This document shows, in pieces, positions 49,032-60,174 of a DNA stretch of 64,000 nt. A program made the translations under genes and the position numbers. Each line of letters starts with the position of its first letter. Positions within the stretch are counted from its first letter, which is position 1. The DNA comes from Ramazzottius varieornatus (Eukaryota > Animalia > Tardigrada). The stretch is from NCBI GenBank assembly GCA_001949185.1, contig BDGG01000015.1, forward strand, positions 191,036-255,035, written 5' to 3'. The notes under the pieces are model-generated. The model did not search any database. It was not told the origin of the DNA and saw only the letters and a list, made by a program, of their open reading frames with translations.

Positions 49032-49104
49032 GCCCTTGTAGCTAAGTGGCTATAGCGCTGGCCTTCTAAGCCAGAGGTCATGGGTTCGACCCCCATCAAG
49101 GGTG
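49032..49104 (+). tRNA. tRNA-Arg (anticodon TCT), intronless
   Basis: Acceptor stem GCCCTTG/CAAGGGT, anticodon arm CTGGC-CTTCTAA-GCCAG, T-loop GTTCGAC; 73 nt, followed by a TTTTT Pol III terminator. Confidence 0.95.
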
Positions 49105-49331
49105 CTTTTTAGCTTTTTCCATAACACTAGTCGATTATTCTTTCCTCATCGGTGCAGCTCCGAACAATCGACACTGCCGGTCTTTTATTTTTTTTAAGTT
49201 CAAAGGTTTCAGAAATCGTTAAATCTATTGTCAAAATTTCTAGTCGGGGAGTCAAGAAACATGCACGCAGTTTCCCAAGTTTCTGTTACAGCTCACGCAT
49301 TCCGTGCGGTAACTCTATTTCCTGGAAAGTA

Positions 49332-49496
49332 CAGTGTACGACAAAATAAACCGTTAAAAATGGGTGTATGGAGCCAGATGGTTAAAGCCAATGAAATTTG
49401 CGCATGGTGCAAAACTTAGTTCTCATTGGCTGAGTCGTAAGTGAGCTCAGCTGGAGTTTTACGCCCAGTTTTAACGGTCACTTTTGTCGTACACTG
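49332..49496. mobile_element. Tc1-like MITE with TA duplication
   Basis: TA|CAGTGTACGACAAAATAAACCGTTAAAA ... TTTTAACGGTCACTTTTGTCGTACACTG|TA. Confidence 0.8.
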
Positions 49497-52400
49497 TATC
49501 TCTGAACATGCAACGTACTCACGTGAGAACTTAACGTTTTCCGGGCACTTCAATTTAGGACATTTTGAACGTTTCGCGTGTTGACGGATCGCGTGGACCT
49601 GTCGGTTGGCCATGGCTCTGTACAGATGTCGCTAAAGCAGCTTCTTACGTGCTGTGGGCAACACCTCAAAGTACTCGTGCACGAAATGGCCATTCTTTCC
49701 GTGTGTGATAAGTACAAACAGATGCGTGTTATTTTCCACGCTTCTAATCTCAACTGTAAAACCTGCTTGCGCGATATGACTATTTGCCTCCAAGAGACGA
49801 TATCATTGCAAAATGGCATAATGGCCCATATCCGCCCAAATAATGACCACGAGGTATTCGCAGCTCAAGCCAACTTACTCCTCCAACTTATCTAAACGAT
49901 AACAAGTTCCCGATAAAGGCCGATGCTCAAAACTTTGAGGGTTTTGATAGAGACTAAATATAGGCTTATAAATACGATTAGATCAAATTTTCAACGCAGA
50001 AAAAGAGGGTCGGAAAAACTGTCAAACTTCGTGGCGAGTCGACGGACTTCGCATTTCTCCTCTTTAGCTACATTTCTACATTTGGTCATCAAAAACGTGT
50101 TCGGCGTGAGGGTGTTCTTCGTTTGCTTTACCGATAGGACTGTGAAACCGATACCCGTAGGCTTTGCGAGGTTTTTCTAACGCGAGTACCAATTAAGTAC
50201 AAATCGATCTATCGGCACAATAGTCGTAGCTAGTTTGCTGGAAGGTGCATGCCGACGCTCTGCCAGAACGAAGCGAAGCGCGAATGATAATTAGGTTAAT
50301 TGCTTATTCGAAGCATCGACGTTGGTCAGCACAATTACTACAAGAAGAAGTGCTTAGGACCGTGATATATGGGCAGAATAATTACAAAGCGAAAAATGCT
50401 GGCTATTGTCCAGCATTGATGATTAGGTGCGGTAAGAGGATACTCGATCTTATTCGCTACACATTGCCCTAATTTCCATTGAAGACCTCTCGATCGCTAT
50501 CACCGATTCACCGTTTGACAAACGGTGTTCCGATGACGAAAAAGCACTGTGTTCTACATTTCCATTACTTCCGTCTACTACAGTATCTGATAACTTCGCT
50601 ACCTGACATGTGCATTATGCAGCAAAACATTCTCGAGTGTGCTGCTCGAGCAGTGTACTTTCAAGTGAACAGTCTTACCACCTCGCCTTCACCAATCACA
50701 ATGTACGATTCTACGTATTCTGAAAATCACTGGGACAGGTTTTCAGAATTTCCAGAGAATTTCTAAGAGCGCTGTTTCATGCACACTAAACGGTGAAACG
50801 GTATCTCCATCACTTACTCGGAACTGCAATGGAGTAAAGTAATTCCACGCCGGTCTATCGATGTTGGAAAGCACAAAGAAAGGTGTAGCATATACCTGTA
50901 CCAGAAGAGAACAATAGTCATGCATACGGTGCATCGAAAGCACTGACAAAAACTTCACAATGAGGACTTTGGATATACGAGTACGAAGTGGGCAAACTGA
51001 GTTAACTGACGCACTCGAAATCTGATGGGCAGTGCGGCTTTTGCCGCGAACTTCGCAATAGCTCTCAACCTTTATCTAATCAAGGCTAATTTCGATGGAC
51101 GCGCTATTCCGCTTTTGGTCAAAAAGTCTCAATCTTCGAACTTTGGACTACGTATCAAGCAAACAAAGTGCTCGGGGTAGATTGATCGCCGAAGATTTTG
51201 AACTTGCCGTGACAAATTAGCGATCGTAAAGCGATAAGGTTCAAAGCAAGACAAGCAAGCTACGCGAGTTGTAGAACGTCTGTAACTGTAAGGTAAGGAA
51301 TGGCAGCCTGAGCCGGTCGTTATTGTTGCTTTTATGGTGGAGTATCACGCATTACGGCGCTCTTTTCTGCTAAAAGCCGATAAGCTTGATTTACCGCCGG
51401 AAGGGACGTACATACTCGGTACTCGGTCTACACTCTACAACAAGCGGCAGTCCTAACATACACCGTTACTACGGTATGGTACCAATGATCAATCAAACGT
51501 GCGCCGGTATAATTGGGCATTTTCAGGTTATACGGTACTTCCTTCTTCGTTCTTTCGAAAGCCCGATGCAATTATTCTCCAACATGCTTTGAGAACGTGC
51601 ACGGTGGCGGACCAATTCGGGCTGCCTTCCGGCAAAACCGGACACATTCTACAGTAGACTGGCTGCTGATCCACAGCGGCAATGACTTCTACCCCCATGT
51701 TTACGAACTCGAAGGGAGCTTTTCTTGACTTGAAGAATTAATACCTGGAAAGTCAGAGTCACGATGCGATGGCGCATAAGAATTGGCGTTTGATTAAAAG
51801 TTGAAAAAGAGGTAAACTCGTTTGTGATGACTAACTAGAGTTTGGTCATATCCGCGGGCACAAGAGTGCACCTGGTGCTTGGCCGCTTATACTGCCTGAT
51901 ATACCATCAGCATCAGGCCAACCTTAGAAGACAATACAGCATAAAAATGCTGTCGATGAACTATGGCGCATATTTTGCCTGAGCAACACAAAAGAAAAAC
52001 TTGGTCGTCGCTTTGCCCAACAAGGATAATTTATGAATCTGTCGAAAACCGGTTTGGCACTCGTCATCGAAGTATTTAACGTCTCCGGTAACTTCAGCTG
52101 GAGAAGCGCTCATCAGAAATGCTCATATTAGTATGACAATCAGTGCTTCTTCAGATAGCTTTAGTCATCGCTTCCAGCGATACTGAAAAACAACGTACCT
52201 GGTAAATGTCTCTGCAAGATGCACTAGGAAGATCAGTACGCAAATAATCCACAAAACTGACATGCAAGAGGCAGTGTAGGGTAGATTTTCCACAATATTT
52301 GTTCGCAACTACCTCACTTCCTTCTGGGTTCTACGTGCTCATCAAGGTGAGAAACGGAAACGAAGATGGTGACAACAGTGCCAAAGACTATATGTCAACT

Positions 52401-53051
52401 GTAGTTTGCAGGGTGTGCACGCTCCCAGCAAGATAGGCCAGAAATGGGTCGATACATCTGCATGTGCAAAATTGGATTTTCCTGCCATTAGAGCGCATTT
52501 CATCACGGCACGTCCGTACGTGCACAATCTTTGACAAGAGCATTTACGGGGTATCGAGCTGAAACTATAACAAGGGTAGGATGCGGCACAAATGATTATT
52601 CCCCAGAATATCACCCCATTCGTCCCAACAGCACACCTTCGATCCCGCTTCTTTGTACATCGTGTCGCGCTTACACATCCCCAGAGAATCGCGCCGAGCT
52701 TGTGTATCAAGTACCTCCATTCCTCACCCTCCATCTGATGACGCAGTGCTTTACAGACTCCATTTAAAAATTTCAGATTGCATCGATTATTTCCATTGGG
52801 TACTCTGACGTCTTTTCATGTTTCCCCTTTGCCCTCGACCTTTTGGATCAAAATGTCATAACAACCTACAGAAAACCCTTTAGGCGAGAGCAATCATCAT
52901 TATTCCCAATCTAAATCAGAGCCATCTTTGTACAAAATTGGGGGAAAAGGTTACGGTAACGCAAGTAATGAGTCTAAGTGAAAATACACTTCAAAAGAAT
53001 ATGAGTGGGAAAGGGAATTTTCAGTTGACCTTTCCTGCTAACAGCATGTTT

Positions 53052-54018
53052 TCAAGTGTGCAAGAGCTTCCGGGGAGCGAAAGACATGACGTGATTGTCA
53101 CTAACACGGTCATTATTGCTATCCGGGATGTCATGCACGTGATCGGTGCCGCTGGCGTTTGTGCTGTAAAGGTTGGCCAGCAGTTGGTTCCAGGATGTTG
53201 TGGCTGCGCGCAGCGTGGGTAGTTCATTGGATCCGTTCCCCAAAGTCATTATGCCGCTACTCGTATTCCGCACATCCTGGATGGAGGAAGGGGGAAAGTC
53301 CTCTTCGGTGAGGGGGCGGGGCATCGGTACGCTGCCTGGGTTGGCACAGGCCGCCATGCATGTCGGCCATGTATCAAAGCGGTTACGATTACCTCCGCAA
53401 CCACCGTAAACCTAATTAACCAAAGAAAATGAATCAGCCACTGATTATCCGGTAATTAGCCATTTTTCCAAGCACGAAAGCTTGGCGTTCCCATATAGCA
53501 ATAACATTTTAGTGACAGACTTGTTGTCGGGCCCAGAAAATGATTTTAGGCGGACCGATGCCATCAAATTATTTCCTTACAAATAATTCGCAGATGCCTG
53601 TGGTTATATTATAAAACCAGCTGGGTAAGTAGGCCCGACAAATTCCTGTGTATGGCATTAGGTTGCAGTAGTCCGGCGTCCGCAGAGCTCCAAGATTGTT
53701 CGTCGAAGCTGACATTGTTTTAGGAGGTGCCAGCGGCCAGGTATTCCCAGCACTTGGAGTCGAAGAAAGCACGCTTGGGTTCCCACGGCTATCAGTTGGT
53801 GCTGCTGCTACCGGGTTGATGGAGATGGGAATAGGCACGCTTGGAATACCGCGTCCGTTGTTGGCGACAGGTACAGCGTTCCTGGAAGTAGGAGAGGCCA
53901 CACTGGGGCTTCCATGACCAGTAACTGACGCTGCGTAGGCTAATCTTACTGTAGCCAGTCCGACAAGGAATAAACAAAGGAAATGATGCGAAGGTAACCC
54001 AAAAATTCGGCGCACCAT
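53052..54018 (-). CDS. Secreted single-domain Kunitz/BPTI protease inhibitor
   Basis: Signal peptide; CNLMPYTGICRAYLPSWFYNITTGICELF|VYGGCGGNRNRFDTWPTCMAAC across intron 53580-53412. Confidence 0.92.
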
Positions 54019-54473
54019 ATTACTCCCCAAATTACAGTCGAAACGACGCAAGCTACCACAAAATCAAGGCCGGCTCAGCAAAGTACGGGCACGCTTTGTG
54101 TCCCTAATAAAGTTTTCCTACGTGTCGTTTCCATCTGAAATAGATGCAAGAGAAGCAAGAAGCTCATAATGGTAGCTTTTGCCTGGCTCGCATTATTATA
54201 ATCTACTGGAACTCGAAGCTCTTTTGTGTATTACAAACGAACAACGTATCGCCATTTTTTTGGGATTGCTAATATCAGCAGTTTCTTTGTGAGCGACCTC
54301 CGGAAGACGAAAGTGACGCATACGGCAGCGCTGCTATTTTACGTAAGCGCACCTTGATCAGTCTGTACAGTCTGACGTCACTTCATCCAAAAAGAGAGCT
54401 TCCAATATCAAACACAGACGAACGAAGAAATGGAAAAGGCACGGTGTCGAATTCCAAACTCAATTAGGGTTGG

Positions 54474-56110
54474 TCACTTGGGAGGTTTCGTTGGCTTTGG
54501 CTTGGCTTTCGCTTTGGTCACCTCTACTCTGCAGTCTTTCGATTGCGGAATAACGGTATCACCTTCGGCTTTCAGGGGACGGTAAAAACTTGTCAGGAGA
54601 TCCACACGTTGAAGAGTGTGCAAAAACCACCGTTTGTTCTTCTTCATACAGTCGGCATTACAGGTGTATCCTCTGATTGGATTCTGACCCGGAAGTTGGA
54701 TATGCTTGACATGCCCAACCTTCTTCGCCACAAAACCTGCAACAGAAAAATTTCAACAGAAAAAATTGTAGCAAATTGGCACCATCACATCTTGGTCAGA
54801 TTGTTACGGCAAACTTTGACCCTACCAGTGAAATATACATCGTCGATCCAGTAATAGGGTACGCTCTTGGCCGTCTCGATGAATCTTTCAATGAGGTCCC
54901 TGGTCAGTATATAACCTCCTCCGTAGCAATAGGGCGGGTAAACCTTGTCTCCATACACATCCCAGGGAATGTACCACTTGTTTTTCTTGTCCCGCTGGAC
55001 CACTTCTTTGGGTTGTACTTCCGCGCACAAGATGCTGTTCTCCAGACTCCGATTACAGTAGACTTCATGCCGAAGATGTGCCACCAGGGGGCGCGGGTAC
55101 ACGAACATGTCGTCGTCGGTCTTGAGGATGTAGTGAAAGTCGGCTTCCCCACAGTATGTCCTTAGAAAGATGAGACCGGCGAGGTTCTTGTAAGTTAGGT
55201 TGCGGTAAGTGTCCAGAAGGCTGTGCTGGACAATGTCTCCGTAGCGGTAGCTCTCTTCGGCCACCTTCTCGTTGACGGCGGAGGCGATAGAAGTTCCGAG
55301 AACGAAGAGGACATCGAATTTATGACGGGATTTCCAAGCTGTGTTCGCCCAGGTTTCTCTGATCTGCAAATACACGTATTCGTTCGGTTCTACTGCGCAA
55401 AAAGCATTGTTTACCACCTTTCGATGCTATCAGAATTCTAACGGATGTACCTTATCTTTCTTTCTTAGCACTGCTCTGCAGTTTATGGAAGTAAATCGTT
55501 TTGGTCTCAGGATTTTTCTACAAGTTTACCACAATTTCACCGAACATTATTGGTCACTGCTCACCAGTTTACGATTATGGAAATGTCCGGGTGCCGAATG
55601 GACGACGACTAGAAGGAAGAGATCATAGCGAAGATTGTCGCAGAAGCTGCCGTTGAATATGGTGAACTCAAAGTCCAGTCCAGGCGTGGCGGCGGAAGTG
55701 GCCAGTGGAGTAAGCGCCTCACGCGTCCTCCCCGTGCTTTCGGCTCCTGTTGGACTCTTCACGGAGACTGCTCTTGTCTCCGTCGTACTGTCCGCCATCA
55801 CTGACGCACTAGATGATGCGTCGCTCGAGATCCAGTCGAATGCGATGGCAGGATACTTTCGATCCAGACCACTTCCGGTTGCCACCAGGTATTCCGTAGT
55901 CCGACTGTCCATAACTCTGGGTGGACGAAAGAGCGTCAAAGGTGCTCCTCGGTAAAACACCGCTAACTTCTCCCGGATGTCTCTAAAGGGATCATGGTAA
56001 ACTTTTTGCTGTACCGGGTACTGTACAGATCGTTTCGGCGAGGAGATAAAAAATACGGAGCAAACGAAACAAGTCAAAACGCCCAGTAGAAATTTCTCGC
56101 GTGACTGCAT
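54474..56110 (-). CDS. Beta-1,3-galactosyltransferase (GT31 family), type II membrane protein
   Basis: N-terminal TM; motifs VVVHSAP, IRETW, YGDIVQ..LDTYRNLTYK, KTDDDMFV, YPPYCYGGGY and IDDVYFTG; three exons. Confidence 0.93.
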
Positions 56111-57003
56111 CTTTTTCGAGCGACCTTGTTGAATTCATCCGCCAAGATGAATCAAGCCGTTCCGAGAAATCTCACTTCTGGATTGAAACTTCCGCGTCAT
56201 CATTGTGACAATCCATATAATTGGGACAATCCCTTGCAAATTACGATGTTGATAATTTTCCTCGATGTCAACAGAGAGGAAACAGTAGCCACTAAATAAA
56301 CAAGACTTCCGCTGCGTCGTGCATCGTCAGCGTTACGGTCCGGCAAAATAACAAGAGTAATGTTGAAATGTGGAGCATTAACCAGTCGGTCTCGCCGATG
56401 AAAGACTTCTCCGCTGTCAGCCCAGCCGTTTATCCGCTTGTTGGAGGGGAAATGTCAGTTTATTCTGGGTTAACCGAGGGAAAAACGTTGAACGCCGCAC
56501 TTTCCTCTCTTCATACCATCACATCCCATAACATCGGCTATATTTATGCCCAGAACGAAGAAGAAAAATAGCGCGAAGTGGCGACCAGCCAGAAGTTTCA
56601 AACATTCCAGCCTATTTTCTCACAGGGTGAGAACCGAACCTACAATCGCGCCTATAATCTGCCCAGCCTTTCCCTTGACTTTCACACTTGGGCAACTTCT
56701 TATCGCTGCACCATCTTTTAATTCTTTCCAACACTTACTTCCCAGATCGCCTTACAAAGTTCGGGCATTCCTTTAGAGCGAATAGAAATAGCTCCTGATT
56801 ATCTTCTCATTATTCAAAACAAGCAGCCCGCGACTCAACAAGCCATCATGAACGAAACTCGAAAATCGACAACTTCATCGTTGAAAGCAAACAGTAAAGT
56901 TACGTGAGGAAAATTTTTTGGTGTTTCAATACAACGACAAAAAAGCCTAAAAGGAAAAGTTAGTCTACTAATTCAAACAAAAATTTCCTTCAGTTCGTTT
57001 CAT

Positions 57004-59560
57004 CTAAAAATAGGAAATATATTTCTGTTCCAGACTAGGAGTGTGTTTATCTTTATATCCACGGCTGGAACTTTGCCTGTTTCGGTCTCTCTCTCGTGAC
57101 GGACTTCGCCGTCCACTTCTCGACTTCGTCCGTCGTCGTGGAGAGCGACTTCGGTCCTGGCTTCGAGTGCGACGTCTTTGCTCACTTCTCGAGGCACTTC
57201 GGCTTCTGCTCCCACTACCTCGTACAGCCGCAAACCGCTTAGCTGGACTGCCGACAGTCTCATCTCCCTTCTGGAGCGTCCTTCTTGGACTACGAGACCC
57301 TGACCGTCTAGGTTTACGAGAATGGCCGCCGAGAAGACGATCGTAGAAAGTCTTTCGCTCTCTCAAGCGACTCCGACTTCGCTTCCGGTCACGACTACGG
57401 TCTTTCTCTCGGTTACGACTAAGACTGCGCTCTTTTCTTCGCTCGGGACTTCGCTTGCGTACCCCATTCCGGGCAGGAGAAGACCGACGATCATCGATCC
57501 TACTGGTCTGCCGGTTGATTCCGTTTCTGAAGAATCACGATCTTGGAGCTTTTGCCGAATCATTATGAACTGAGAGACCGGCAAACGAAACGTATCAGAT
57601 CGTGTTGTTCGAAGTGGCGCACGCTTCCGGTCAGTATTACCGAAGAGGTGCGCCACTTGTTAGAACAATCTTGTCGAGTTTTCAAGGGGCGTACGCTTGC
57701 GTGCACCAGTTGAGATAACAATCTTTCAAGTTGGGTTCACCGACCTCTCAATTTTTCTCTGTGTTTTTCGACGGAAAAGCTTACCGGTCTGATGGTTTCT
57801 GTTGGACGTCTTCCCTTGGTCTCGAACTGTTCGCCACAGGTTTCTTCCAATGAGGTGGTGTGACACTACGGCGAGAGTACCTGACGAAGCCCCTCCCCCT
57901 GACTTTCCGTCCGTCACAGTCGAATTTGATCGCTTGCGGCCTCGGTCTCTCGCCATTCTGTGCTGGAACTTCATTCCTTCCTTGTCCATTCCTACCTGCG
58001 TCAGTATTCGAAGTGACCTGTGAGCTGCCTCCGCCTTCCGGTTGGATAGGCTTGCCTTCAGCGTCGAGCTCAGGCTTTGGACTAGTGAATCGACGGAGAA
58101 ACTTGTTCTCTGGAATGTCGGGAATTTCTTCCGGCCGGATTGTGCAGAAAACTAGATCAATACGTCAAATTTAAGCTCAAAAGCAGTATGAATCATTAAC
58201 GTTCAGCGCCCATATGGGAACTCAGCAAACAAAATCGACAAAATCGTTTTCCCAAGTGGCGTACCTTTTCAGTCTGCATGAATGGAAACGCGCGCCACTT
58301 CGGAAAACTGTCTCGTCGAGTTAATGCCGAGCTCTCAAATTTGCAATCTTCACTTTTACAAACTTTTGAAGCTGTGATTTTAGTGGATGTTCCACTAACT
58401 CGATGTTCTATTTGATTGCTCACCTGGTTCCGGTTCGACTTTCTTCTCGGCTTCTTCAACCTTCGCCTTCTTCTTTTCCTCTTTGGCCTTCTTCTTAGCT
58501 TTCTTCTTCTTTTTTTTCCGTTTGTCGTTCTCCGTATCACTCGACGACTCGTCGGTAGACACAGCTTTTTTCTTGCCTTTATCCTTTCCAGCTGAAGGGA
58601 AAACCGGGACCAGTTCGCCACACTTGGCGATCTTGACCGGAAGAATCGGTCTGTCCCGCTCATCCGTGGCCAGCTTCTCGATCTCATCTACCACTTCCTA
58701 ACAAGTAAAAAATTGTTGCTCCTTCCGGGTCTAAATAAAGTCCGAGTAATGTAAAGACACTGAGGTACCTTGCCAGCTATCACTTGGCCGAAAACGACGT
58801 GCTTGTTGTCGAGGCTCGAACAAGGTACGCAGGTGATGAAGAACTGTGAGCCGTTTGTGTTCGGTCCGGCATTCGCCATGGAAAGCAAATATGGCTTATC
58901 GTGTTTCATGGTGAAGTTTTCATCCTGCGAAGAAAAGAGAAGATGAGCGTTGAGAAGCTTTGGAGCTGACAAAAAGGAACGCTTTCGGGAAAATCATTGA
59001 ATTCTGATTGGCTGAAACCTACATGGTGCGCTGCAAAACCCGCCCTCCACAATAGGAAAGAGCTGCGCACAAAGTGTGCATCAGCAACCGCGGTACAAAA
59101 AATTCGCTTCAACTTTCATAACCAACCTGAAATTTCCCCCCGTACACGGATTCCCCACCAGTACCATCATGAGCTGCAAAGCATCACACTAAGTCACCAA
59201 GAAAAGAAGTTTGTTTTAGACGCCAGGACGACGGAAAAGGCTTCGTTAGACCTTACGATAAGAAGGAGCGAGAAACTTGGCGAAAAACAAATCGAACTCA
59301 CCACTGAAGTCGCCAGCCTGGATCATAAAGCCTCGAATAACGCGATGGAAGACGACTCCGTTGTAAGATAACTTCTTACCCGTCGTCTGACCCATTCCGT
59401 ATTCGGCTGTGGCCAGTCCGCGGAAGTTTTCAGCCGTTTTGGGAACAATATCGTCAAAGAGTTCAATGATAATCCGTCCAATCGGCCGGTCTCGGCCGGT
59501 CTCTCCGACAGTCATATCCAGATAACAACGCTTCCGAAACTTGGCCACTGGCTTATTCAT
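57004..59560 (-). CDS. PPIG: SR-rich cyclophilin (PPIG/NKTR/Moca-cyp type peptidyl-prolyl isomerase)
   Basis: [60 protein letters not shown]; Lys-rich linker and RS-dipeptide tail. Confidence 0.9.
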
Positions 59561-60174
59561 GCTGACCCCGTGTAGCAAAACAATCCCCCTTCCCTCAGGT
59601 AACGTCTAGCGGATCGGCAGGGTGAAGATATCCTGAAAGCAAAATCATAAAATATCCACGTGTAAAAATGACGTGCTCGAAAAAACCTACCGTCGCTCAC
59701 TTCACTGCCTTCGCGGCCTGTAGAGGGTTCCTCAGCTGTCCGAGTTTCTCCATAGAAGTACTGTCCAAGCTGACTGGACGCCTGAACCGAAGGATGCCAA
59801 TAATTCGATTTAGAACACTGATGCAACAACGAACATCCTGGAAAGAAAAGATTCGTCTCAGTAAGATGGGTTGATTGACGTAGGTTGATTGGAGCTGCAG
59901 GCTGAGAAAACGGGTCACGGGTAGCAGGTGGCAGTTACATCGAGCACCGCTGACCGCTGTTCGGTCTTTCCTCTCCCACATGTGAAACGAAATGTTCTGG
60001 GTGGCGGTACCTGGGTAGCGATAACGGTGACGTAGGCTGTAACGGAACCCAAACAAAAATTTGATTTCCGATTTTTCCTCGCTCTTCCTTTTTCTCGCAT
60101 GTTTCTCATCCGGGGCGCGTTGGACACTGGATTCGATATTGTTACAAATCAAATCTATACCTCGCAACGGCATC

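Noticed and set aside
47376-52767. Many short ORFs upstream of IRF2BP and around the tRNA
   Set aside because: No recognisable domain or consistent exon chain. A weak gene near 51.4-52.8 kb cannot be excluded.
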